Shown here: positions 12,401 through 24,499 of the stretch, piece after piece | Numbering within the stretch: the stretch's first letter is position 1 | Layout of the letters: each line of letters starts with the position of its first letter | From: Perkinsus olseni | Lineage: Eukaryota | Direction of reading: 5' to 3' | NCBI GenBank assembly: GCA_013115125.1 | Contig: JABANN010000286.1 | Location: 1 to 42,754 of the forward strand | DNA: 42,754 bases | Position numbers and translations under genes: made by a program | The notes under the pieces: generated by a model | The model's database searches: none | What the model saw: only the letters and a program-made list of their open reading frames with translations | What the model was told of the DNA's origin: nothing

Positions 12401-15400
12401 GACCCTCAGATGAGATCAAGATTCGGAGTGCAGGGCTGCAGTGTAGCGGCCAGACTGCTGCCCGGGACGTCATTGTGAAGTTGAGAAGCTTGTCCTTGAT
12501 AGGAGCTGGTGAGGAGGGGGTTCTCTTCCAGTACTGCAGTTGCGGAAGCTTCTATGCTATTCCCGATGGATAAAAAAGAGATCCCTTTGATGAATAGGGA
12601 GTTGCTGAATCATCGAAACTGCTGATTTCTTCGCCAGCTTCCCAGTTGCGGAGTGTATTCTCTCGTGTGTAGGCGATTGTCCAGCCCGATCGAGAATGGA
12701 TCTGATAAGGGATAGACTATCATTCGATAATTCCCGATCGAGGGTCTTCCAAAAAATATGGCGCCCTGTTTAACTCAACAGCTACCGTGTAGAAAACCGC
12801 CAAAAAATAGTAGCCCTAAAAATGACGCCCGTGGGGATCGAACCTGGTAACCTCGTCTTTCGAGGAATTTCCCCCCTTTTCGTGAGCTCCGCCTTTTCGT
12901 AATAAAGGCCTAGTAGTAGCGTGGATGATTAGTCCGGTGGTAACAGATCGTTTCTTGTGTCACGTTTGAGGAGTCTCAGGTCCTAGGGGGCGGACGTACA
13001 GGCCGAGAGAAGGCCAGCGTGTGGTATTGCAGATTGAAGATGTCAACCTACCCAAGCCGGATCGCTATGACACAACTCAATTGGTGGCGTCGTTACAGGA
13101 GATGGTCTCCTATGCGGTAGGCCCCAGGTTCGAACCGCGGGTGGGGTATTTTTCTGTCCAGGGCTTCCACGATGAGGATCTGGAATGGGTAGCGCTGGAG
13201 AGCATCCAATTCATCTCAACCATGGCACCTTCGAGTGCCCTCGGCCGACACACGATCTCGAAAAGGTCAGGGTGACAGCGGAGCGAAGTTTTTTTCCGAA
13301 TTTTTGTGATTGCCCCTTCATTTGCCAACCGATCTCTTCCAGGGACGGTGGAATCTTAGGTTGAAGCTTGCTAGATTCAGATGTACACCGTTCGTCTGTC
13401 ATTTTTCCACTCCTTAGGTTCACCTCGGCGATGTGCCAAGCGTGGGTCGCTAGCCCCAGTCGGGAGGACCTCAGCAGCATCTACTCTCAGCTGATACTCT
13501 CCGTGACGGAGCGTGACGAGATGGTATCTTTGACGGAGGCAATGGTGGGGGTGTACGAACAAGTTGTTCAGAATTTCGGACCGGAGATGTAATAGCGGGT
13601 GCTGGGTTTTTGGGGAGCTTCTTTCGACGTATCATAGGTTGACTCTGGGTAGCCGCAGAATTTGTAGTATCTTTTGGTTTGTTTTAGTCGAGCTTCGACC
13701 TTAGATACGCTCATTATGTGTTCAACCCGCGAGACATCAGCGACTGGATGCAGCAATTGTTGAAATACGACTTGAAGGGGAGGGACGCAACCACCATGCT
13801 AGGAGCTTGGGGGTGAGGTCACCCTGGTCAATGACGAAATAAAAGATACCTTTCCTCTCAGATACGAAGGTAGGCGTATCTTTAGGGATCGTCTCGTTGG
13901 TCCGAAGCATCGAACAAAATTGGATACGATTTTGCGAGAAGTAGCGGAGGACAGGCTGGGCGGGTTCCTGGCGAACGCGGGGGGCGATCATCTCCTGGAC
14001 AGCAAAGATGGGCCGAAGTGGAGCACGTTAGTTGATAAGACGGTCGAAGGAGAAGTCCAAGGTGAGGGGGTTTGCCGGAGTCTGATCTTACGAATTTGTC
14101 CTCTTCCGTTGTAGGGTAGTCTGAGTATACTGTTGAGGGGAAGTTATGGTACTTACGGATTTTCTATCGCGGGCATTGAGCTCGCCGAAATGGAACTTTG
14201 AGTCGAGTGGTGGTAGCCTGCGTGATGCTTTTACGCGTGGAAATGTCGAACTCTAGAAAAGTGTCGTTAGATAGAATTTGGCCTGAAAATCAGGCTGATG
14301 GTGGGCCCTCGCCGTGAGTCATTTATGAGCTTCCCGAGTGGAAGATCTCGTCGGTTGTTCTTTCATTTATTTTTGATGTTCCTTGCGAAAATGGAGAAGA
14401 TTTTGCTTTTGATTGTGATGTTTCTTGGTATCTTCCTAGGTACCCTCAGAGAAGTATCCAAGGTCGACTATAAGAAGATACTCTCCACTGGCTTGGCGAC
14501 CTACGAGAGAGACGTCAGGCCGTTGGGAATCACCCTTGTGGACGAGGTGAATTTCGTGGCGCGTGACGGTTGAGCACTGGGATTGGTAGGTCGTGGATAA
14601 TCTAGCGTGCCTCGATCGAGTCCTCGGCAGTCGAGGGGGCGGGTCGGGGTGTGCATGCGTGCTGATGGTGGGCCGATCGGGTTGTGGTCGGAGAAGTAGC
14701 ATATCTTTGGTGGCGCATCTGATGGGATATGAAATCGTCGCGCCAACGGCGATCGGCGCCAACTCGAAAGCGTGTATGAAGGAGTTGAAGTTTGCGATTG
14801 TTAAGGCTAGCGGAGCGGAGCGAAAAAAGATTGTAGTTTTTGTGGAGGACCATCAGCTGAGCGGCCCAGCAGAAGAATTTTTTGGAGTGCTGAACGCATT
14901 GATTGCGAGGGGGGAGTCGGGCGAGTTGATTCAAGGAGAGGAAAGAGAGATGTTATACGCGCAAGTTAAGGAAGATTATCAACAGGAAATGCTACCGGGA
15001 GAGAGTATCCAGGAGTATCTTCTGCGACGCACGCGAGAGAATCTTATGTTCGTCCTGTCCTTGGACCCAACTCATCCTCATTTTCATGATATCACTTCGA
15101 TGAACCCTGGACTGTTCACGAGATCAACTGTCCTCTGGAACTGGGCAGGGTGGGCCAGAAAGTAAGTTGGGAGGAGATCTCGGTGGGCTGTCTATCTGGA
15201 ATACTCCCTCTTCTTTCGGTGTTGGGAGTATTTGTCCGTGGAACTTTCTAAGGTCCCGTCGGATATCTTTGAGTCAGCGCGTTCTTGGTTTCTATCGGAA
15301 ATCATTTTTTCTTATGCCTTGGCCGTGTCTCAGGCCATCGTTGGAAATTTTAGATTTTTCGCTGCCGAAATAAATTCTGTCGCGTTCTCGGGACAAAAAG

Positions 15401-18400
15401 AAAATGCCTAATTTTTCATAAATTTTTTAAACCCGAAATTACTGTTTGCCAGGTCGTCGTTGATCGTCACTTCGAAAGCTTTGAAGAGCATCGTTGGTGG
15501 GGGGGGGGAGGCGGAGAGGCTTCCGTATCACAAGGAGCTGTGTGAGGCTACGGTGGACATACACGAGAGCACAGGATGCAGTCAAAGATATCTTTGGGCT
15601 TTACTGAAGCTATGGGCGGCCGGATTCAGAGAACACTATGAGAGAATAGGGAGGGAGCAGGAGAGGTTGAAGAAGGGACTTGACAAGTTAAAAGATATGC
15701 ACGAGACAGTTGATGAGCTGACAAGGGAGGCGAGGGCGAAGGAGGAGGAATTGTCGGTGAAGGAGAGAATGGCGAGTGACTCGCTGAAAGGAATCGAAAA
15801 CGGGCTTGAGGAATCTGCCAAGTACAAGGCTGAAGTTGAAATACTCGACGAAAAAACTCGAAAAGACGAGGAGAATTCCCAGAGGGAACACGCTAGAATC
15901 GAAAGTGAGTTGGCGGAGATTCAACCAGTTTTGGAGAAGGCTCGGAAGGCTGTGGGGTCGATTCGGCAGGACAATCTGAACGAAATCCGCGCCCTAAAAA
16001 TGCCGCCTGAAGCGATTCATGATGTGCTTTACGGGGTGCTGTTGTTGATGGGAGGGTCGGACAGCAGTTGGAACGCTATGAAGAAATTTCTTTCGGGTGC
16101 GGGAGTCATCCAGAGGGTATTGAATTTTGATGCGCGGAAAATATCTTTGAGGTCGAGGGAGGAGGTGGAGAGGTTGCTGGAGGAACGGGGGAGATCTTTT
16201 GAGGACTCCGTGATTCGCCGAGCGAGCTTGGCGGCGGCGCCTCTGGCCCTGTGGGTGAAGGCAAACGTCAGGTGAGAGAAGGGAGAGGGGAGGAGTTGTT
16301 GTTTACTCGCCAAAGGACCGATTTCTTGCTTCAAAATCTGTAATTATTTCTGTTTTATCATTGCGGATTATTGCCCGAAAATCGTCGAGTCATTTCCGTC
16401 AGTTTTTGAGACTATATCACAAAAATCGGTCACCCGTAGGTAAAGAAATTTTCGGAAAAAATACGCAATTTTGTCTTTTTTAGAGTTTCTGTTTTTCTCG
16501 ATTAGTTGCAACTTGCAAATTTTCCATATTTTTCAGAAAAGTTCATAGCAATTTTCATTATGATTTGACAGTGCTCAGTATTGGTCATCCTGAAGAGATC
16601 CATGTTCTGGATAGATTATTGAAACGGCTGTCAGCGTATCTTTGAGAAATCTTTGTGGTGATGAAAGGGTGTAGGTATTCCCGAGTAGTGGAAAGAGTGG
16701 CCCCAATGGAGTTGAAGCTGCGGCAGACGGAAGAGGATCTGCACGCCGCCCGGATGAGGTTACGGCAGTGTGAAGTGGAGATGGAGAAAATCACAGAAAG
16801 GGTTAAAGAGATGCAGAAGGAATTCGCGAAAAGAACAGGTGGCCGAGAAAAGTTGGTTCGTTTTCGCTGAATTTTTGATGGTTTTAAGGGGAGGCGGAGG
16901 CCCTTCGGAATGGAGTGGAGGAAGCCCGTGGCACTTTGAGGAGGGCTGTGGGGCTGCTGGACGGGCTGGGCGAGGAGAAGGAGAGGTGGCGGGAAGAAAC
17001 TGATAGAATAACCATCAAAATGGGTGAGAGGGGTCGTGGCAGCGGTCTCCTTTCTCGCGGAGATGAACACTTCAACCATTTTGTTTTCCGCCCCGGTCGA
17101 ACTGCGCTCGAATAAGTATTAAATATTATCTACATTACAGATTTTACGGTTGATTCAAGATGGAATTTTAGGCAGTTGAAAATTTATGATATCTTGAGGT
17201 TGCTCCGCGTAAGATACGGAATAAAAGATTCCTTTTAGAGCGTCTCCCGGTTGAGAGCATGGTGGCCGCGGCTTTCATGGTGTATGTTGGCGCACTGGGA
17301 GAAGATTCTCGAGCGGAGTATCTTTCCGACTGGGAATCCAAGCTCGAAGCGAGGTCTATACAAAACGAAAGATTCTCCTTCCTAGACTTCACTGCAACCG
17401 AATCGGAGTTGCTGAAACTGAGGAGCCAAGGGCTTGGCGGTGATGAGCTGTCAGCAGAGAATGCTATGATAATATTGAGGAGTTATAAGGTAGAGCAAGA
17501 TTGCAAAATTTCAGTCTGCAATGTCCTCATAACAGGTGGCCGTCCCTCTCATCACCGACCCTTCGCAAAATGCCGAGGTTTGGTTGAACCGGAATCTGAA
17601 GGAGAAAGGAGTGCAACTGACGGGAAGTCTCGACCAGAGCGATCTTGCATTCTTGCACACTCTTGAACTTTCTCTACGTTTTGGCAAGACCGTCTTCCTG
17701 GCCTTGACTGAGGCGAAGGTCGATCCAGTTCTGTTCCCTCTACTGCGCGGTGATTGCCATTACACTGGTTCGAGGAGGGTGATTCACTTAGCGGAGCGAA
17801 GCGTGGATTTTTCTGACGATTTTTGTATCTTTTTGACGTGTCGGGACCCTGGTATCTTGGGGTCGATTCCGCCCGACGTGAGAAGCCTCTTGATTGGGGT
17901 CAACTTCACCGTCACGCGGCAAGGCCTGATTCGACAGCTACTGGGTGAGTGTTGGCGAGTTGGGAGTTACAGATGGAGTGGTACGTATCTTAAGGTATCG
18001 TTCTGAGCCATGATCGACCTGAGCTCGAAGAGAGAAGGAAAGAGCTGCTCGCTAATGAGGAGACCCTCAAGGTTGGTCGGCCCTTCCAGATACTTTTTCG
18101 GTATTGTCCTCGCTTCGACCTAAGACTCTTGAGGTTTTTGGATTGGTAGTGTTTTTAGAGTCGATTGATGGACCTCGAGGATGAGCTGCTGGAGCAGTTG
18201 GCCGCTGTCGAGGGAGATATCTTGGGGAATCAGAGGTTGATGGAGAGTCTCAACAGAACGAAAGATAGCGCGATTAGTATCGCTGAGAGTTTGCAAGAGA
18301 GTGCAAGATTGCAAGATGCACTTGATCAGCAGAGGGCTGTGAGTGTCTTCTGCCGGGGTCGAACCGGGGACCTTTGGATGGATCTTCGCAGATGTTCCGG

Positions 18401-21400
18401 TCGATTGCGGTTGAAGGCTCGGAGCTGTTCATGCTCATGTCGGATATGAACAAAGTTGGGTGAGAGAACTGCGTCAACCTTCTCTGTATCTTCCCCGCTT
18501 CAAGCTTGGATACTCGGTCAGGTCCATGTACCGATTTTCGCTGAGGGAGTTCATCGGAATTTTCATAGCTTCTCTCGGCGGTGAGCCTTTGGTGGCCCGC
18601 GAGTTGATAGACAGCTAGAGGTGTCAGAAAAACAATCGGGCGGACCGGACGAAGATCTTGACATCCGTTTGAACGACATTTCGACTCGTCTGAAGGGGAA
18701 CGTTCTCGAGTATGTCAGCAGGGCACTGTTCAAGCGCGATAGGTGATGAAAATGTCGCGCGCCACGAAATTACGTGGTGGCTTCAGGCTCACCTTCGCGG
18801 TTATGATGGCAAGAAACGCGGTGGCTGAATCGATTAAAGAGAATGAGTGGCAGTTGTTCATGGGGAATTTCGTGGCGCGTGACGGAATTAGTCCGCTGAA
18901 GGAAGGGCATCTGTCGTGGTGTCCGGTGGATAGGAGAGCTCAGCTGGCCAAATTAGTTTTGGCTTTGTCGGAGTTGAACGCGAAAGCGAAGATGGAAAGT
19001 CCGAATTTGTGGCGAGGATGGATTGAGGTGAGTATCTTAGGTCGAAGCAGAGGAGATATAAAACAGGTCGAAGTGAGCTTTTGCAGGAGGACGCCTGTGA
19101 AGAGAAGTTCCCCCAGGAGATTGCATTGAAATTAACGTCATTCCAGAGGATCCTCATCGTCCAAGCTTTGCGGCCGGACAGGCTCGAATCTGCCTTGGCC
19201 AAGTTCACCACCGAGGTGATATCTCTCGACTACGATTGTTTAGTGGTTAGTCTGGCACTCTTCTATGTCGGTGTCCCCGGTTCGAATCCTGGTGTCGATC
19301 TTTTAGGTTTTGACCGTGCCTTCAATCTCCCCCTCCACTTCATCCCTCCATTCACTCTGCCAAGCTGCTGAGGGCGTCCGGCCGATACTCTTTATCGTCA
19401 CTCCCGGGGCGGACCCCACTCGGGAGCTCACGGAGCTGGCAGCCTCCACTGGGTGGGCTGGCAATTTTGTGGCGCGCGAGGATGTTATTTGTTAGGCAAA
19501 AGTTGGTATCAATGGCGATTGGAGGCGGCAATGAGCAGGAGGCTTTAGAAATGCTCCGGAGTGAGTTTTTGAGATGTCTGCGCCGGGGATCGAACCCTGG
19601 TGTTCCGACTTCTCAGAGGGAGTGATTGAAGGGCATTGGGTCCTCATCATGAATCTTCACTTGGCCTTGGCGTGGGCCGGCAAGATCGAAGTCGAACTTC
19701 GAAACGGCAAACCCCACCGGGACTTCAGGTCCTGCTACCTGCTCAGATCGAGCGTATCTTATGTTGATGCGTGCAGATGCTGGTTGACCACCGAGCCTAG
19801 AGAGAACTTCCCGACGATACTGTTGGAATCTTCCTTGAAGGTCGCCTTCGAGTTCCCACCCGGCGTCCGGAACAACGTGAAGAGGATATGCGAGAGTTGG
19901 GACAGTCGATGGTTCGAAGCCGGCGACGTCAGCAGGTCCCAGGTAAAGGACGGGCTGTTCGATTCGAGTATCCATGGCATTCTGTCTTTGCCTGCTTTCA
20001 ACCTAAGATACGTTTCAGGTTCTGTTCCTCTGCGCGTGCTTCCATACTGCTGTTCAAGAGAGGACTTCCTTCATCCCGCAGGTCGAGATGTCGTCCCGCT
20101 CGAGGGGCTGCAGTGCCAATTGAGCTGTCCTCAGGGATGGACGAAGGATTATGAGTTTTCTACCGCTGACTTGAAGAGCGCCTGCGAGACAGCGTTGCAG
20201 GCGTTGAAGGATGACGGAAGCGGTGAGATGTCGCTGCTGGGAATCGAACCCAGGACCTTTCGACTACCCACTTCAGTGGAGTGGCCGACCCTGAGAGGCA
20301 TACTCGAGAACGCGGTTTATGGCTGTCGAGTTGACAACACCTTCGACCTGAGGCTGGTCCGTCAGTATGTAAAAGATATCTTCGCGCAACAGGTGAGGTC
20401 GCGTCCGAAGAGGCCACTGCAGATTCCAAATCGATCAGGCGATCGATAACGGCGGAGACCTCCTGCCCTTCCGTCTTCCTGCTACTACTAGTCTTGGTAA
20501 TTATTAATAGCAAAAATGACATCCGTGGGATTCGAACCTGTGCAGGCACGTTCAAGTCACACTTAGACCACAGCGAGCGTTCGGGAAATGATCAAACTCA
20601 TCTGAAAATGGCACCGAATACCGATAGAGCCGTGCAACTAACGAATAGTGAAAGGGTGAGGGCGCCCGGGGTATGAGCCTCGCCCAAGCTACTGCCCCTC
20701 TGCAGGTTCTGGCCCAGATCCGGATGCTGAGGATAAGGCACGTGCAACCGAGTGGCCAGCAGTCGGCCGAGGGGACGATTGACATGATATCGTTGCGTGG
20801 GGTGAGATGTCGGGGGGCGTTTGGGCTAGAAACTGTTAGCATCGTATTTGTAGCATAAATTTTGAGTGTTGTCGTCGTGCAGGAGTTGGAGGTCCTCTGG
20901 GCCTTCTGGGAATCTCGAGCTGGGGAACATCAGGCTGCTGCGTCGGAGCCACTGCGACCGGCAGAATCGACAGACTCGCCGACAGCTGCTTTTGTGAAGG
21001 CGGACACGCTTCTTGCGACGGAGATATTCACTACGGTCTGTCTGTCCACTCACTCGACCTGATTTGTATCTTCCTACCTTGAGCTGAAGATACTCAGGTT
21101 GATCAGCATCTTCGAACTTTGCAGCGATTCTGCACAAGCCCCGTTTCAGCTCATCCACCTCTAACCTCAGAGCTCAACAGTAAGCACTGCAATTTCGTGG
21201 CGCAGTGACAAATTCCTTGCAGGTATAGCAGACAGCCTGGTCCGACATTCAGTACCTTCGACGTGGTCTTCAGGATGGCTGTTGGCACCGGAAGAGCCTC
21301 TCCGGTTTTTGAATGTGCTCTTGGAGTCAACGCTGACCTTCAGCCGATCTGTTCAGGATATCTCCATTTGCTTCGTGTTGCTTCGAACCCGCTGGATGGC

Positions 21401-22327
21401 CGCCGCTGCCGCTGATAATTTCCCGAGTTCCCGGCCTGTCGACCTCGGCCAACTGCTGCGGCCGGGAGTCTTCCTTAGCGCTCTCAAGCAGCAAACTGCC
21501 AGGGCTTTGAAGGTGTTGGTTCATTAGCGTCTATCAAGGGAAATCGCTTTCGTATCGATGTGGGGAGAATGGCCTGGTTTCGGTTTCGTTGGCCTCGCAC
21601 GCGAACCCAGGTCGAAGATTTTCCAGTGGCAGTCGACTCCTCCGCCTGATGATCTCTGTTTTGAATCTGACAGAGTTCGGGAGGTTGATCCTGTGGAATC
21701 TTTCCTGTGCGCCATGGGAAAGATCTCGAAAGATTCGTGGATCGATGGAGAATCTTTAGGTTCCGTTGGACTCTTCCTTGAAGCTCAGCACTTCATTCGA
21801 CTGTCCGGAGGGAACTGGAATGTCGGCTGTGGTGGAAAATCTTCAGCTGGAGGTAAATTTTGCCGTGTGCAAGCATCAACCTAAGATACCACCGATGGTC
21901 AGGGTTGCCGATTGGACCCTACGACTCACATGCTGGTGGAGAGTAGCCGGCAAGACCCTCCCTTCTCTCCTCTGCCAAAGCTAACTTTGTGTTGGCTGCC
22001 GGTGCACCAACTGGAGGCCGCGGGTTCGAAACCTGGTGAGCGCATATTCAATTATCTTGCAAATTGAAGAAACCCCTTTTCAATCCATTGGAAAGATCAA
22101 AGTGGAAGTGAGCCTAGTATCTATGTTGATGCTTGCAGGATACGCACAAATGTCGGTCCCATTGTACGGCGACCGAGAGAGAAGATACTTCATAGCCGAG
22201 CTGAGGATGATAACAACCAATGTGAGGGAGAGGTAGGATGCCATCAAGAGCATGCGTGCTGATGACAAGTCAACTCAGGATCCTCAACGCATGCGCGGTC
22301 TTTGTTTCCCATGCCAACTCACCCTAA
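471..22327 (+). CDS. DYNC2H1: Cytoplasmic dynein 2 heavy chain (retrograde IFT dynein), multi-exon gene
   Basis: ATG at 471 gives [23 protein letters not shown], like the dynein-2 N-terminal D.RK.FI motif. Linker: [35 protein letters not shown]1: [71 protein letters not shown]2: [18 protein letters not shown]3: [11 protein letters not shown]4: GRSGCGRR, a dynein-2-type P4. Stalk/[21 protein letters not shown]-terminus [10 protein letters not shown]...[15 protein letters not shown] with TAA at 22325-22327. Confidence 0.95.
3266..3337 (+). tRNA. tRNA-Pro(AGG), intronic in the dynein gene; G-G mismatch at the base of the T-loop, possibly non-functional
   Basis: GGCTGTG/CACAGCC acceptor stem, TGGTCTAGTGGTATGATT D-arm typical of eukaryotic tRNA-Pro, anticodon arm CTCGC-TT-AGG-GT-GCGAG, T-arm CCGAG-TTCAATA-GTCGG. 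Confidence 0.85.
5430..5464 (-). pseudogene. tRNA 3'-half relic inside a 51-nt dynein intron (5423-5473)
   Basis: Reverse complement reads TCGAA-AGGTC-CCCGG-ATCGATC-CCCGG-TGAGAGC-A followed by TTTT. Confidence 0.6.
8611..8670 (+). repeat. Degenerate 11-bp tandem repeat (GGCGGAAAATT) in an A/T-tract-rich dynein intron
   Basis: aaattggcggaaaattggcggaaaattggcgcaaaattccggaaatttt read directly. Confidence 0.7.
9561..9632 (+). tRNA. tRNA-Pro(CGG), intronic in the dynein gene
   Basis: 72-nt cloverleaf: acceptor GGCTGTG/CTCAGCC with one T-T mismatch, anticodon arm CGCGC-TT-CGG-GT-GCGCG, T-arm CCGGG-TTCGATT-CTCGG. Confidence 0.88.
12823..12896 (-). pseudogene. Degenerate class II (Leu/Ser-like) tRNA relic in a dynein intron
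   Basis: Reverse complement shows AAGGCG, a long variable-arm hairpin CCTCG-AAAGA-CGAGG, then CCAGGTTCGATCCCCACGGGCGTCA followed by TTTTT. Confidence 0.55.
19226..19298 (+). pseudogene. Full-length degenerate tRNA-like sequence filling dynein intron 19216-19306
   Basis: TCGAC.../...GTCGA complementary ends, A-box-like TGTTTAGTGGTTAG, T-arm CCCGG-TTCGAAT-CCTGG. The anticodon arm is disrupted. Confidence 0.6.
19575..19616 (-). pseudogene. tRNA 3'-half relic in dynein intron 19561-19616
   Basis: Reverse complement CT-GAG-AA-GTCGG-AACAC-CAGGG-TTCGATC-CCCGG-CGCAGAC-A keeps canonical spacing. Confidence 0.6.
20229..20263 (-). pseudogene. tRNA 3'-half relic in a dynein intron
   Basis: Reverse complement TCGAA-AGGTC-CTGGG-TTCGATT-CCCAG-CAGCGAC-A has a perfect T-arm. 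Confidence 0.65.
20517..20545 (-). pseudogene. tRNA 3'-end relic (Leu-like) at the end of a dynein intron
   Basis: Reverse complement CAGGTTCGAATCCCACGGATGTCA then TTTTT, closely similar to the relic at 12823. Confidence 0.55.
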
Positions 22328-23000
22328 CCTTATTGTTACAACAAGAGTATATTTTGTGTTGGCTAGTGGCGGGTGATCTGAGCTAACATCATCAGGGGTA
22401 TGAAAACGGCCGTAGTTGAACTTCCCGCGGACTTTGGTGGAAAGGGAGAAACTCCAGGAAACTTCTGAGTTAAACCCGCAGGGTTCGACGAGGGCAAAAT
22501 CAAGAGCGAGGTCACTCCGAGCTCCTCACAGTCCCCGCGGCTGCGGTTTTAAAGATTTTAGTTCGTTCGATATTCAGCTTACAACGCGAGCGAAATGGGT
22601 CGACCTGAGAAGAGCTCGGCGACCATGCACATGGTCACCATCATCGTGAACTATTTGCTCTTGTCAAAGTTGAACACAACATCGAGAAGCGTCGAACCTG
22701 TCTCTCCACACAGGACACTCTGCAGGAGGCCTCGACTTTGTCGTCGGCTGGGCGTGCAGCCGCTGGTGTGTCGTACGAGGCATCATCACATTTGCTCTTC
22801 TTCCAGCCGTGACCAATTTTGGCCCTGGCAAGCCCAAGAGAATCTGCACCCCGCTCTACTGGCTTCGATCGTTCTCGATAGGCGCTCCCTTGCCTTCATT
22901 ATCATCACCATTACCCACTCCCAACAGCCCTCCCAAACAACGCAACATTAATTGCAGACAGGGTTCCACTTAGTTGAATTCAGTTAGAGCATGAGTAGCG

Positions 23001-23755
23001 TTACTTGTATAATTCTTCGACTTGTATCCTTCTAAGCCTTCCCCAGCCATCATCTTCATCATCATCCTCATCGATACTTCCACTTTCCTCCTCCTCCTCG
23101 CCGTCCGCTGCTGCTGCTCTGCTCCCAGGCTCTGGGGTCGACTCACCCTCTTTCAGGTCATAGTATTCTACCCCAGCGCTGACGGCTTTACGACAGAGGA
23201 ACTTCACCAACGCTTTCGTCTGACGGACACCTTCGATGCGCTTCACTTCGCGATTGAATTTGTTCAAGTTGGCCACTCCGGCACGGCAATCGCGGAACCC
23301 GGCGGTCAGTCGGTCTTCCCCACCCTTCTTCTTTTTAGGTTTCGGTTCAGGCAACTGAGATTCGGTCGGTGTCAGACCGTCGAGCATCTCACTGAACTTC
23401 CGTCTGAAGACAGACATGGCATGAATAATCAGCACCCGACCTCACCCTTCGTTCATGTCAAAAATAATCATTTCTCGTTTTTTCCTTTTCTTTTTTCCCT
23501 TCACATTCAGAGGCATCTTGCAAATCAGAGCCTTCACATGAAGCTTCTTTCCATAATCGAAAACAGCCACGCCCTCGGCCTTGGAAGATATCATACACTC
23601 GCCGGGGCTCCTGGGTCCCTTGGGCCTCACGACGTCCTGTGGTACGAATCACCAGAGACCATCACACGTGTCACCATTCTCACCAACCCGAAGAAGGCCT
23701 CTGCGATTTCCTGCAGTAGACTGTGGATGAGGAGCGCACCGAAAAAGAAGCGCAT
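23001..23755 (-). CDS. Secreted 4-Cys family protein A (uncharacterised)
   Basis: Exon1 MRFFFGALLIHSLLQEIAEAFFGL (signal peptide), phase-0 intron, exon2 DVVRPKGPRSPGECMISSKAEGVAVFDYGKKLHVKALICK..., phase-2 intron of 42 nt, exon3 ...FRDCRAG...LVKFLCRK... with an acidic tail. An extra 3' intron is possible. Confidence 0.75.
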
Positions 23756-23868
23756 AATGGGGAGACGGAAGCTGCCAACGGTCGTGTCTCCGGGCCCGGG
23801 CGGGCGGTCGAAATCGGCCCGAGCGAGGTAAGGTCAGGGCTGTATTTCCGAACCAGCATAGCGTCTAC

Positions 23869-24499
23869 ATGCGCATCTTAACACTCATTCAAACGCTGTT
23901 GCAGGCAGCCGTCTGTGCTGGGTCGTTCCTCTCTCGCCGTATGCCGACAGTAGGTCGGTGGTGTCCTGCTGCTGCTTTCCACTGTGGGGTTTAGGTTGTA
24001 AGAAGGCCTGCTGAACGCGAGGTTGCGGGGCAGTGTATGATACGCGCAGAATCTCAGGGCGTCGCGTATTTCGTCGTTGTTGAGGACAGACTGAGGATAA
24101 GTGAGATCTTCTGCAAGAGACACTTCAGGTTGTTGAGGGCCGTGACCCGCAACGGCGTTCGTTCTTTCGAAGGACATAATTCGGGCGATTTTATACGAGC
24201 CAAGTGAGAGCTCCCAGCTGAGGAACCCACAGACTGGTTTTGAACTCAGGGGCCACGACACTGACGTTCTTATGGAGAAGCTCGGGGTGGCGGACGACGA
24301 GGAATTGCACAGGAAAATGAAGAAAGAGGCCGACCCACAAAGGAAGTGCAAGATCGGTGTGAACTACATCAATAGGAAGGGCCGCGAGGAGGGCCACTTT
24401 GGCGGACTCTACCCCAACCAACCTCTCCTCAAGTTTTTATGTGATGAAGTGAAGAGCATGCCTACTGCGGCGAGCGATGTTGTTGTCGAGGATAGATAA
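23869..24499 (+). CDS. Secreted 4-Cys family protein B (uncharacterised)
   Basis: Exon1 MRILTLIQTLLQAAVCAGSFLSRRMPT, phase-0 intron, exon2 VVRRPAEREVAGQCMIRAESQGVAYFVVVEDRLRISEIFCK..., phase-2 intron, exon3 ...QRKCKIGVNYIN...PLLKFLCDEVK...EDR*. Confidence 0.78.

Noticed and set aside
12307-14697. Degenerate Walker A motifs in AAA3 (GLEGSGKR) and AAA4 (GRSGCGRR)
   Set aside because: Divergent P3/P4 loops are a known feature of cytoplasmic dynein 2, so this is not novel.
471-22327. Dynein appearing fragmented, as a pseudogene or as several genes
   Set aside because: The breaks I checked fall at GT-AG introns that restore the frame, and the domains are in canonical order.
22416-22951. Short ORFs or a possible small spliced gene between dynein and family gene A
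   Set aside because: No convincing start, splice model or homology on either strand.
23442-23444. In-frame TGA joining minus-strand ORFs 23442-23630 and 23001-23435 (possible readthrough or selenocysteine, tempting given the nearby UCA tRNA)
   Set aside because: The TGA is part of a GTGAG donor of a 42-nt GT-AG intron whose phase matches intron 2 of the five paralogues.
23022-23831. 269-aa plus-strand ORF
   Set aside because: It is the antisense shadow of family gene A, which has a signal peptide, splice sites and paralogues.
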